From: the human T2T-CHM13v2.0 reference genome, Homo sapiens
Length of the DNA stretch: 64,000 nucleotides
Reading direction: 5' to 3' (one strand)
NCBI RefSeq assembly: GCF_009914755.1
Contig: NC_060935.1
The notes below the pieces were generated by a model. It ran no database searches, was not told the origin of the DNA, and saw only the letters and a program-made list of their open reading frames with translations. The number at the start of each line of letters is the position of its first letter. Positions within the stretch are counted from its first letter, which is position 1. Position numbers and translations under genes: made by a program. Of this stretch, positions 1 through 12,830 are shown piece after piece.

Positions 1-430
1 TTTGTTTTATGTTTGTTTTGTTTTGTTTTAATAACAAAAACTGCCATTACTTTTGCACCAGTCTAATACAAACAATGCAGTTACGTGATATAAGCCAGGC
101 ACAGAATGACAAAAATTGCATGTTCTCAGTGTAATAATTTTGAACCTGTTTCAGTGTGATGGCATACTCACATATGAATGTTCGGATGCCTCTTATTTCC
201 TTGTACATGTCTATGTCTGAATAATTTATATTCTGAATTGACCTCCAAATACAGGGTGTTAGTGGTCCATATAATGAAATAATAATTAAACTTACAAACT
301 GCAAGTCTCTAAGTTCTCATTTAGTTTGTGTTATGCTTTTTGATGTTACTCTGCTATTTTCCTAGTTGTTGGCATAATTGAATTACTGAAGCCATCCACG
401 TTTGTTTTAATTATAACATACATAAATTTG

Positions 431-1355
431 TCATGGAAAAAGTTTTCTATGTATGACTCTCAAAGAGCATTTTTTACATCTTTGTTCCTCAGACTCTAGA
501 TGAGTGGATTCAGCATGGGAATGACAGTCATATAGAATACAAATGCCAACTGTGCGTGGATCAGGGATGATGTTTTATCCAGTTGCAAATAGGTGAAAAT
601 CAGGGACCCATAGAAGATAGTTAACCCATGAGGTGGAATGCGCAGGTGGAGAAGGCCTTCTGCCATCCTGCTGCCCACTGGTTCTTCAGGATGGCTGAGG
701 TGATGGCGATATAAGTGACTGTGATGATAAGGATAGAGCCAAGAAGAGTGAATCCAGCTAAGGCAAAGCTCACCATTTCTGTGCTGAATGCATCTACACA
801 GGACAGTGCTAAAAGAGCTGTGGTGTCACAGAAAAAAAAGATTGATGCTGGAATCACAGAACAAAACCACTTATCACACAGACAGATACCAGAGAATTTG
901 TGAAACCTATCGTGTATGACATTACTCCCAGCCAGTTGCACGCTTTCTAAGAAATGACTACTGAATGAGGGATTCCAGATTGCTACATAGCAATCATAGG
1001 CCATTGATCCCAGCAGGAAACACTCAGTACACACCAATCCAACAGAAAAGTACATTTGAACAAAGCAGCCAACAAAGGAGATGGATCTCTGATTGGATTG
1101 GAAATTCGCCAATGTCTTAGGTGTTACGGAAGAGGAGTAAAATATGTCAATGAATGCTAAATTGCTGAGGAAAAAGTACATAGGGGTGTGAAGCTGAGAA
1201 TCCATTCTGATTAACATGATCAGTCCCAGGTTTCCCAAAATAGTGAATAGATAAATGAAGAGAAACATCAAGAAAAAACTGACTTGTAATTCAGGGTGAT
1301 TTGCATATCCAGAGAGGATGAAGACAGTCACCTCAGTGAAATTGCTGCCAGCTGT
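431..1355 (-). pseudogene. OR8I1P: Olfactory receptor pseudogene, OR8I2-like
   Basis: OR motifs LHTPMYFFLSNL, MAYDCYVAI, KAFSTC and PMLNPLI are spread over different frames. The start codon position reads ACA (1353-1355, followed by AGSNFTEVTVFIL). There are frameshifts after TM3 and near TM6, and a TAG right after NPLI (496-498). The C-terminus VIHRKLFP ends at TGA (431-433). Symbol inferred from OR8I2 similarity and position beside OR8K3. Confidence 0.85.
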
Positions 1356-1675
1356 TTATATCAACTCAGGCCTTTGACTTACCTGCTCAATAACAATAAG
1401 GAAAGTTAGAGAAGGATTCAAATCTAAAGGCCCTATAATCAAATTTGACTCAGACTCCAACAATGAAAGAGTTACAAATGGAAAGGAAAATTTAGTGATT
1501 TCAAGTTAGGGATTTATGCATAATTTTTATTTTTTACAAATTGACAGACATTAATTAAAACAAAGTTCACAATTTTGTGGACTAAAAAACATGTGTCTGG
1601 AAGGATGTCTAGGACGAAAGATTCCTCCTGAGATGTACCGTTCTCTGCCCCAGTCTAACATCGGGTCTTGCAATT

Positions 1676-1870
1676 TAATGAAAATAACTGTATCTAATGA
1701 ATATTCTAATTTATCTAATGAAATTAATTTTATCTAATGAATACAGTAATTTATCTAATGAAATTAATTTTAGCTAACAAATATAGCAATTTAATGAAAT
1801 TAATTGGTGATTTATCTAATGAAATTAATTGTATGATACTCAGCAATTTATCTAATGAAATTAATTATAT
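1676..1870. repeat. Degenerate AT-rich tandem array, core ATTTATCTAATGAAATTAATT
   Basis: Eight TAATGA cores at 1676, 1695, 1716, 1735, 1756, 1792, 1817 and 1853, spaced about 19-36 bp apart. Confidence 0.85.
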
Positions 1871-3679
1871 GATACTCTTAGAAAAAATAAAAAACCCATT
1901 TAGAAAAGGAAGTTCTACAATTTGTGAACTTAGTAATTCCTTTTTGTTGCAGTCTTATTTTCTTAACATCTAACTACTTCACAGGATTATTTTAGGAGCT
2001 TAATAAAATCTTAGGCGGACATAGCTAATATTTCCTTGGACTCTGTAAAGCTTTTTAGATTTTGTTAAGAAAAAAATAGAAAAGACAAAACTAGACACAT
2101 CCCGCTCACTTGACATGTTAATGCTAAAACTTCTTATACCTTTTTCTCCTATCATGTATTCTTTCTGTCTTTGGGTGAGGTGAGACCAAATGTCTTGCTC
2201 GTCATGAAGGGCATTTTTCTTAAAGCCTCATGGAAGACGCAGACATTAAAAAATAAAAAGTTTCTCAATGTGAGAAACATGCAAATAATACTCACAGGCT
2301 GGCAGACATGCAAATTTTAGGGGAAAAAAAGGTAATAAAATTAGATATGCCTGGGATTCAATAATCCAAACGAAACATCCTTTTTTTCAGTTATCTTCCA
2401 TTTATTTTCAGGTTTGTTATATTTGCCTCATCTATAATTCTGAATCCCATGAATTGTCAACATAATGACTTGGATCTGTTGTTGTTGTTACTGTAGTTAT
2501 TTAGCACAGAGCTCTATTTCCTATATAATGGACCCTAAATATTATGATGTTGATGAAAAATATTGGTGGTTTTGATGATAATGCTGGGTATTATATATAT
2601 TATCTTCCATTGATAAGATAGAAATAAGAGCCAAATTAACTTGTTAACTTGTTTTTGTGTGCATTCTTGAGAATTGAAAGTTTATATTTTTTGTTCACGT
2701 CTAGATTCTTATTTAGAATTAGTTTTGATCTTAGCGTATTTCTAAAGCAATCCCATGACAAAATATTTTCTTCTGAAATCTCATACGTTAAGCAGTATTC
2801 TTATACCTGCAACTCTTCCTCAAACACTTAAACTCACCTAATAAAGAGGTTAGACAATTATCATCTTTAATCTCTTGAGATTCCTATCTTAATTGTACTC
2901 GAGGATCTCTTCTTAATTTGTCTGGGGTATGTCTCCAATAGAAGTCTTTGGAAATGTATAATATTTATTTTTGTGTATTCAGTTAAATAACAGCAGATAT
3001 TATTTAAAAATTCAATTGATGTAGCTTTAAAAATCATGCTATTTACATGTTATTGGTAGATGTATACATGAAACATTTATGAAAAATTAAATCATTATGA
3101 AAATAAAGGTGACATATGATGTTAGGGTATCTCAGATAACCACTGTTTCCCAGATAACCCTCTTATGCAACAGAAGTAAGCTTTCCTACTCATTGACTTA
3201 ATACTGTTAATATGTGTTGAAATTACATTACCATCCATGTCAACAATCATAGATGTGTTTACTTTTAACTCAGGCAGTTATTTTTAATTGTGCTTAATGG
3301 TATATACATAATATCATTGGCTGATAATAAGTATGCCATCTAAGAAAATGAACAAGAAACCTACGGTACAAATCAAACTCATGCTTTCCATTTAATGATC
3401 AATTTATGAGTAAATACAATATTTCTCACAATTGTATTCACATTATTATCATTTATTTTTGTTTGTTTGTTTCAGAGCAGCTTCCTAGCCTATGCTACTA
3501 TACAGATTCTGGTTTATTAGGTTTGGTATTGACCCATAAAATTAAATTTTTTAAAATGCCCCACGTTACATGGATTATACTTGGGCAAACACTAGCTTGG
3601 AAGGATCTCTCAGACTTGTCTAATTAAATTATTTTCTGCTGTGATTGTTACATTCTCCTTATTTCTTGTTTTTAAAGGG

Positions 3680-3950
3680 GGGCTTACTTTTAATTGACAA
3701 GTAATAACTGTTTATATTTATGGAGTACATAGTGGTGTTCCAAAACATAATGTGTAGTGACCAGGTTATACATATCTATCATCTCAAACATTCATCATTT
3801 CTTTGTGTTGGGAATATTCAGTATCCTCCATCTAGCTGTTTGAACCTACATAATATGATATTGTTAACTGTAGTCATTGTACGGTAGTACAGAACAATAG
3901 AACACATTCCTCTTCTCAAGCTGTAATTTTGCATCCTTTAACAAATCTCT
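3680..3950 (-). mobile_element. Old LINE-1 (L1M-type) 3' fragment
   Basis: Typical L1M 3' UTR reverse complement (tttaattgacaagtaataactgtttatatttatggagtaca...ctcaaacattcatcatttctttgtgttggg). Confidence 0.65.
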
Positions 3951-4142
3951 TCTTACTGTTACATAATGAAACAAGACAGATATTTTCATGGGGAAAAGAA
4001 AATACATTTTTCCTAGCAACAGAAACCATCTCTAATGTTACCTGTCACATTAGAGGTTTTAAAAAAGTAATAAAATCTATTATAGATGTGCCTTATCACT
4101 CACTGATAATATTATCAGATATTAGGACAAAATAAATGGTAT

Positions 4143-4458
4143 ACAGTAGTCCCCCATTTTTTGTGGTTTTACTTTCTGTTGTTTCAGTTACCCTTGGTCA
4201 ACGAGTCTAAAAATGTTAAATGGAAAATTCCAGGAATAGACAAATTAGAGGTTTTTAAATTGTGCATTTCTGAGTATTGTTATAATGGTTCCATTTTATT
4301 AGTGGTTATTGTTAATCTTTTACTGTGTCTAATTTACAAATTAATCTTTATCACAAGTATGTATGTATAGAAAAAAGTATATATCAAGTTTGGTAGTATC
4401 TGAAATTTCAGGTATCCACTGGGGTTGTAGATTCTTTGAGGATAAGGAGAGACTGCAG
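4143..4458 (+). mobile_element. MER44-like Tigger DNA transposon relic
   Basis: Starts TA|CAGTAGTCCCCC and ends GGATAAGGAGAGACTGCAG|TA (degenerate terminal inverted repeats with TA flanks). Internal aaaaatgttaaatggaaaattccagg is typical. Confidence 0.7.
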
Positions 4459-6059
4459 TAATTTTTCCCCCACTAAGTGTGCAATTTGATAAAATTATAC
4501 TTTGAAAGAATTGGGCTGTACCCCTTCAATATTAACTTTTCATCTACTCTTACTTATTTGTTCAACACAAATTGATTAAACAGCTATTAGACAGCAGGCA
4601 CTATGCTTTTTGTGGGACTTCAACTATGAAAATGATATCATTTCTCCTTTCACACTACCTAGAGTTAATTGTCTCTTTCAAGATTCAAATTTTGTCTCAG
4701 CTATTTAATATTCCGATATTTGGTGAACTAATATGTATAGTGTTCACAAATACACAATTGCTATAGGGGCTATTGTTGACCATGTTACAGGACAAATAGA
4801 CATTTAATAACTACTTGATTAACTGAATTTACATCTTCCTGCACATCTATTTTGATTTCTGTCAATCAAATCTTTTTAACTTTTCATTAACTATTTTAGC
4901 TTTACTAATGTTAACTTAATCATAGGGTGAATATTAATACTTAAGAAATGTATGGTGATAAAACAGTATTAGCTAAACTACAGACTTACTAAATTTCACC
5001 AAGTTTTCCACTGAAGTCCTATTTTCTCTTCCAGGATCCAATCCAGGATGCCAGGTTGTGGTTAGTGTCATGTCTCCTTAGTCTATCGGAGTCTGTTCCT
5101 GTTCAATATTCTTTTCTTTTCTTTCATGACTGTGATACTTTTTTAGTACCTGTCAAGTATTTTATAGGCTATCCTTCAATTAAAACTTGCCTGATGTTTT
5201 CTACTGATTAAATTGAGGTTTTTCATAATTGGGAATAGTTCCAGAGAGGCAATCTGTATACCATTTTCCATTTTATCACAGGGTATATGTGTTGATAGGT
5301 GATATTATTAGTGATATTAAACTTGATCATTTAAAGTAGTGTGTGCTGGACTTTTTTTACTGTAGAAGTATAATTCTATCTTTGTATTTATTAAATATTT
5401 ATTGGGGGAAAGCTAATTTAGACTATGTAAATATTTCATGACTACTTTTTACTATTCATCAATGTTTGTTGCTTGTAACAATTATTACTGTATAATTTTG
5501 GTAAAATTTACTATTTTCCTTACTCTTTCTATATATTGGAATTATTCTGTAAGGAAGAGTTGTTATTTCTCCCCTATATGTTTATTTATTCAGCCTTCTA
5601 TTTAAATCAATATGCACTCATAATTATTTTACTCTTTATGTTATTATCTCATACTGACATCATTTATTCTGTTGTTCAAATCGTTCTAGCTTTGCTAATA
5701 GAATCACCATCAAATTGGCTCCTGGGCTCTTTGCTCTTTGAACATGTCCCTGTCTTTTAAAATTCTTTTTGTCACTGTTGTTTTGTTTTTACTTCTTACA
5801 CTCTAGCAGCACAAAGTGCTCCAGGTCATCTTGTATTTTCCTGGACTCAGCTCTAAAATTAACCACTGCTCCAAGGAGTCTTGCTTTTATGAGACTACGG
5901 CATTTAGAAAACAGGATCTGAACAATATTATACTATTATATGTGTACTTATATATTTTCCCTTTAATTAGGATTCACACATATTTTGAATACTTTTACAT
6001 TCTCAACATTTTGCAATTATAACTTTTCAAGTAAAGACTTTATGCTATGGTAAAAAATC

Positions 6060-6265
6060 TTTGTATTTGGAAACCATAATTCTGAATTTGTATCTAGAAA
6101 CATCATATAATTACTTTGTGACCATGTGAAAGTTTCTTAAGCTCTCATATCGTCAGTGTCCATGTTTGCAAAGTGACAATACTAGAACCTGCCTCATGTG
6201 TTTGTGAATATTCAATTAAATATTATATATGAAGCACTTAAAATTATGTTGAGGATATGATAGGT
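6060..6265. mobile_element. MIR SINE relic
   Basis: Degenerate MIR core (tgtgaccatgtgaaagtttcttaagctctc...cagtgtccatgtttgcaaagtgacaata). Confidence 0.5.
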
Positions 6266-6391
6266 ATTTAATAAATATCTATCCTATGTTGGTAATACGA
6301 GTGACTTTATAATAATCTATTCTATTTATACAACCCCATTTATTAAACTATTTTCTCTACCGTTGGGTATCTCCATTAATCATAGTTTTAA

Positions 6392-6688
<297 letters not shown>

Positions 6689-6699
6689 TATTTTTACAG

Positions 6700-9600
6700 T
6701 TTTTAACTTTTATTTTAGGTTAAGAGGTGTATGTGCAGGTTTGCTGTATAGATAAATTGCATGCCTCTGGGGTTGTGTACAGACTGTTTTGTCACCCAGG
6801 TAATGAGTATAGCACCTGATTGCTACATTTTCATTCCTCACCCTTCTTCCACCCTCCTAATCTCAAGTATTCCTGTGTCTGTTTTTCCCTTCTTTGTGTC
6901 CACATGTACTCAGTGTTTAGCTTCCACTTATAAGTGAGACCATGCAGTATTTGGTTTTCTATTCCTGTAATAATTTACTTTGGATAACGCCCTCTAGCTC
7001 CATCCATATTGCTGCAAAGGACATAATATCATTCTTTTTAATGGCTGTGTAGTATTTCATGGTGTGTATGTACCAGATTTTCTTTATGCAGTCTAGCATT
7101 GATGGGCATTTAGGTTGATTCCATGTCTTTGCTATTGTAAATAGTGGTGCAGTGAATATATATATGCACACATATGCCTTTATGGTAGAAAGATTTATAT
7201 CCCTTTGGGCATATACTCAATAGTGGGATTGCTGAGTTGAATGGGGAGTATTTAAAGTTTTTTTCAGAAATCGCCAAACTCCTTTCAACAATGGCTGCAC
7301 TAATTCACTTTGCTACGAGCAGTATATAAGCATTCCTTTTCCTCCACAATCTCACTGAAATTTGTTAATTATTGACTTTTAAATAATAGCCATGCTAACT
7401 GGTGTGAGATGGTATCTTCTTGTGGTTTTGATTTGCATTTCTCTAATGATGAGTGATGTTGAGCGTTTTTTATATGTTTGTTAGCCATGTGTATGTCTTC
7501 TTTGAAAAGTGCCTGGTCATGTCTTTTGACCACTTTATAATTGGGTTATTTGGTTTTTGCTTCAAAATGTATTTAAGTTCCTTATAGACTCTGGATATTG
7601 ACCTTTGTTGGTTGCATAGTTTGTAAATATTTTCTCCCATTCTGTTGCAGGTTGTCTGGTTACTCTGCTGAAAGTTTCCTTTGCTGTGCAGAGCTCTTCA
7701 GTTTAATTAGGCCACATTTGTCAATTTTTGTTTTTGTTGCTCTTGGCATCTTCATCATAAAATCTCAGTTTGGACGTTGTTGATGTATAGAAATACCACA
7801 ATTATTATAAATTTGTTTTGTACCCTGAAACTTTGCTGAAGTTGTTTATCAAATCTAGGAGTTTTGGGGTGGAGACTATGGAATATTCTAGGTATAAAAT
7901 TATATCATCTGCAAACATAGATACTTTGACTTCCTTTCTTCCCATTTGGATCTCTGTCATTTCTTTCTCTGCCCTAATTTCTCTGGCTAGGACTTCCAGT
8001 ACTAGTTGAATAGGAGTAACGAGAGTGGGCATCCTTGTCCACTTCCAGTTCTCAGGGTGAATGCTTCCAGTTTTTATCCATTCAGTATGATGCTGGTGTG
8101 AGATTTTCATCGATGGCTTATTATTCTGAGGTGTGTTCCTTCAATGCTTAGTTTGTTGAGGATTTTTTAACATGAAGCGATGCGAATTTATCAAAAGTCT
8201 TTTCTGGATCTATTGAGATGATTATGTTTTTTAAAAAATTTTTGCCTATGTGATGAATCACATTTACTTGTTTGCATATGTTGAACCACGTTGCTTTTTA
8301 GGGATAAAACCTACTCAATCATGGGAATTAGCACTTTGATGTGCTGCTGGATCCAGTTTGCCAGTATTGAGAATTTTTCGTCTACTTTCATCAAAGCTAT
8401 TGGCCTAAAATTTGTGTGTGTGTGTATCTCTGCCAGGTTTTGAGATCAGAATAATGCTGATCTCATAAAATAAGCTAGAAAGAAGTTTCTCCTATTTATT
8501 TATTTACTTATTTATGGAATGATTTCAGTAGAAATGGTACCAGTTCTTCTTTATATGTCTGGTAGAATTTAGCTGTGAGTTTGTCTGTTCCTGGGCTTTT
8601 CCAGATTTTTTATTACTGATTCAATTCCTGAACTCATTACTGGTCTCTTCTGGATTTCAATTTCTTCCTGTGTCAATCTTGAGAGGTTGTATGTTTCCAG
8701 GAATTTATCAATTTTTTCTAGGTTTTCTAGTTTGTGTGCATATTAGATGACTTTAATAGTCTCTGAAAGTTTTTTGTATTTCCGTGGGGTCATTGCCAAT
8801 GTCCACTTTGTCATTTCGATTGTGTTTATTTAAATCTTCTCTCTTTTTTCTGTATTAGTCTATCTGGTGAACTATCTTGTCCATTCTTTTAAATAACTAA
8901 CTTCTGGATTTGTTGATCTTTTGTATGGCTTTTCACATCTCAATTTAATTCAGTTTAGACCTGATTTTGGTTATTATTTGTCTTCTGTTAGTTTTGAGGT
9001 TGGTTTGCTTTTGTTTTTCTAGTTCCTCAAAGTGTGATGTTAGATTGTTAATTTGAGATATTTCTAACTTTTTGATTTGCGTGTTTAGAACAAGAAACTT
9101 TCCTCTTAACAGTACTTTAGCTGTTTCCCAGATATTCTGATATGTTGTATCTTTGTTCTCATTAGTTTTAATGAATTTCTTGACTTCTCCCTTAATTTCA
9201 TTGTTTGCCCAGAATTCAAACAGGAGCAGATTATTTAATTTCCATGTAATTATATGGTTTTGAGTGATCTTCTTAGTATTGATTTCAATTTGTATGGTGC
9301 AGTGGTCCAAGAGTATGCCTGCTATAATTTCAGTTTTTTTTTAATTTGCTTAGAGTTGTTTTTATGGCAAATTATGTGGTCAATTTAGGAGTATGTGCCG
9401 TATGCAGATGATAAGATATATTCTATTTTGGTGGAGTGGAGCATTCTGTAGATGCCTGTTAGGTCCATTTGGCCAAGTATCTAGTTCATGTTCCAAATCT
9501 CTTTATAAGTTTTATGCCTCAGTGATGTCATATTGTTAGTGAAGTGTTGGACTCTCCCACTATTATTGTAGGGTTATCTAATTCTCTTTGTAGGTCTCTA

Positions 9601-12600
9601 AGAACATGTTTTATGGATCTGGATGCTCCTGCATTGAGTACATATATATTTAGAATAGTTAAGTCTTCTTGTTGAACTGAACCCATATTTAGCACTCCCT
9701 AAAGGACCACATAATGCCCTTGTCTTTTTTTAATGGTTGTTGGTTTACAGTCTTTGGTCTGATATTAGAATAGCAATTTTGTTTTGTCTTGTTTTCCATT
9801 TGCTCGGTAGATTTTTCTCCGTCCCTTTACTTTGAACCTATGGGTGTCATTGCACGAGAGATAGGTCTCCTGAGCACAGCATACAGTTGGGTCTTGCTTC
9901 TTTATGCAACTTGCCACTCTATGCCTTCTAATTGGGTCTTTAGTTCATTTACATTGGAGGTTAATATTGATAGGTGAAAATTTGATATGTCCCATTATCA
10001 TGCCGTTATCTGGTTATTAAGCAGATTTGATTGTGTAGTTGCTTTACAATGTCGATCAATGGTCTATGTACTTAAGTGTGTTTATGTGGTGGCCAGTAAG
10101 TCTTTCATTTCTGTGTTTAACACTCCCTCAAGGACTTCTTGTAAGGATGGCATGGTGGTAATAAATTATCTTAACATTGGCTCATCTGAGAAGATCTTAC
10201 TTGTCTTTTGCTTATGAAGCCCAGTTTGGCTGAATATGAAATTCTTGGATGGAGTTTCTTTTAAGAACACTAAAAAGAGGCCCTCAGTCTCTTCTGGCTT
10301 GTATAGTTTCTGCTGACAGGTCTGCCTTTAGCCTTATGGGGTTCCCACTGTAGGTGGCCTGCCCCTTCTCTCTAGCTTCCTTTAATATTATTTTCTTCCA
10401 TGTCAACTTTGGAGAATTGACTATGTGTCTCAAGGATGGTTGTTTTGCATAATATCCAGCATGAGTTCTCTGCAATTCCTGAATTTAAATGTTGACCTCT
10501 TTAGTGACATTGGTGATATTTTCTTGGGTAATATCCTCAAATATGTATTCCAAGTTCCTTGCTTTCTCTCCCTCTCTTTCAGGGACACTAATGAGCCATA
10601 CATTTGCTCACTTTACATAATCCCATATTTCTCAAAGGCTTTGTTCATTCTTCTTTATTATTTATTTTGTTTGATGGAGTTATTTTGGAGATCCATTTTT
10701 TGAGCTCTGAGGTTTTTTCCTCAGCTTGGTTGATTCCATGTTAATACTTGTATTATAAAATTATTGAAGTGAGTTTTTCAGCTCTATCAGACACATTTGC
10801 TTCTTTCTTAAAATGGCTATTTCCTCTTTACTCTCCTGTATTGTTTTATTATATTCCCTAGATTCCTTGGATTGAGTTTGGGCTTTCTCCAGAATCTCAA
10901 TGATCTTCATTCCTATCCATACTCTGAATTCCATGAGTGACATTTCAGTTATTTCTTCCTGATTAAGAATCATTGCTGGGAAACTAGCGTGGTCTTTTGG
11001 AGGTAAGAAGACACTCTTTTTTTTTTTTTTTAGACAGAATGTCCCTCTGTTACCCAGGCTGGAGTGCAATGGCACAATTTCAGCTCTCTGCAACCTTGCC
11101 TCCCAGGTTCATGTGATTCTCCTTCCTCAGCCTTCTGAGTAGCTTGGATCATATGCACCTGCCACCATGCCCAGCTAATTTTTGTAGTTTTAGTAGAGAT
11201 GAGGTATCGCCATGTTTGCCATGCTGGTCTCAAACTCCTGGCCTCAGGTGATCCACCTGCCTCAGCCTCCCAAAGTGCTAGAATTACAGATGTAAGCCAT
11301 TGTGCCCAGCCCATTCTGGCTTTTTGAGTTGCCAGAGTTCTTTTCTGGTTCTTTTTCACCTATGTGGCCTGATGTTCCTTTAATCTTTGAAGTTACTGTC
11401 CTTTGCACTTTTGTTTTCTTTTTAATCATCTTTGATACCCTGGGATGTTTGATTTTCTTATGAGTTCAGTCAACTGGCTCTGACTCTGGAAGATGAGCTC
11501 AGCTCATCGCTCCTAGGCTGTGTGCTGTAATTGTGAGGGTTTGTATTGTGCCACTGACTTTGTTCTCTGACTCCTTTAGGTTAGAAACCTGCTGTGCTCA
11601 AGGGGTCAAGGTGTTTCCAGTCCACTGGCCCCAATACTGTGATGAGGGGTGCCAGCCAAAGCACTTTGTAAAGGTGGTGGCTTGTGATCCATGCTCACAT
11701 ATGTTTACCAGCAGCTGCAGTGTAATGGTGTGGTGCCCATGCATTGGAAGGGTAGTGATGGATTCACTGGCATCTACACACACATTTGTGTTGGTGGCAT
11801 TGGTGGTGGCAATGGTTTAGTGCAGGTTGGGGAGATGGTTCCAGTGTCTGTACACACACTTGCACTGGCTACCTTAGTGATAACATGGCTGGCTGCCAGT
11901 GCCTCAGTGGGGGCAGCATGCCACCAGGGGTGGGTAGGATAGTGGGGTATTCTCATGCTGGCAGTATGATGGTGGGGTACGTGTGCACATATGCACTATC
12001 AGAGGAGGGGAGACAGATCCGCCCATATGCACATGCTAGTCAAGTTGTGGTGGGACTTCCATGTGGGGGGCGGGTGTTAGCAAAGCAGCAGGGGATGGTT
12101 GTGTATGGGCTGCTCATGTTGGCTTGGTCCAGTCTGCTAGACCTCTTCATTAGTTATGTGTGGCCTACCAGCAGAGCAGCTATGATGAGGGCCCCCAGAA
12201 AGCACTCTGATTGGATATTGGAGGCTGTGCTACAAGTAGGGACAGCCAGGCTGGAGCCACAGGAAAAGCTGGGAGACAGGGGAGCACTCAGATGAGACTG
12301 TCCCCATCACACAGACAAGATCACCCTGTTCTGTCCAGGTCTGTAAGTCTCCTAAAGGCTGAAGCCTCCTAGAGGAGCTTGGTGATCCTTGGGGAATGGG
12401 TATCCCTGGCCATGCTCCACTGAAGCTGTTCCTGCACCAAACCCTCTGTGCTCTGTAAAATCTGGAGTCCTGCCCCCATTACTTTTCTAAGCAGCAATTC
12501 CTGCCAGCTCAAGTGTCCATGGGGGATCATTGGTTCTCCTGCAACTAGGATTCTGGAGGCCCATGGATAAAGCAGGTTATTCTTTGTCTGTTTGACTCAC

Positions 12601-12830
12601 CCATTCGCCAGGAGTGAGTGGGGTCCAGGAGTGGGTCCCAGTGCTCGGCAGGCCTGTGTAGGGTTCTCGGCTTTCTACCCCTTTAGCCCAGTGTCTGCAC
12701 TTTCTCTTTGTCTACTTTCAATGCCTTCTCTCTGAAGATCCATTCAGAGTGTGCCAGTCTTCCCAATGTCTCAGGAACTGGGAAATGTTATTTCTGGCTG
12801 TGTCCACTCGACCATCTAGGCTCCCCCTCT
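6700..12830 (-). mobile_element. Near full-length, internally deleted, decayed primate LINE-1 (old L1PA/PB)
   Basis: 3' UTR near 6700-7000. ORF2 fragments [26 protein letters not shown]...[12 protein letters not shown] and [12 protein letters not shown]1 fragment GNPIRLKADLSAET. GC-richer 5' UTR at 11500-12830. Confidence 0.9.
11017..11312 (-). mobile_element. Alu inserted in L1 ORF1
   Basis: Poly-T followed by a complete dimeric Alu that interrupts L1 sequence. Confidence 0.95.

Noticed and set aside
621-1331. 236-aa ORF as a functional OR
   Set aside because: Starts at GTG, goes out of OR frame after TM3, has DRY changed to DCY, and TM6-7 lie in another frame.
1676-1870. CRISPR-like repeat-spacer reading of the array
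   Set aside because: Eukaryotic context, irregular degenerate units, no unique spacers and no cas genes.
11533-12295. Several overlapping ORFs up to 169 aa
   Set aside because: They lie in the GC-richer L1 5' UTR, where stop codons are scarce, and show no recognisable domain.
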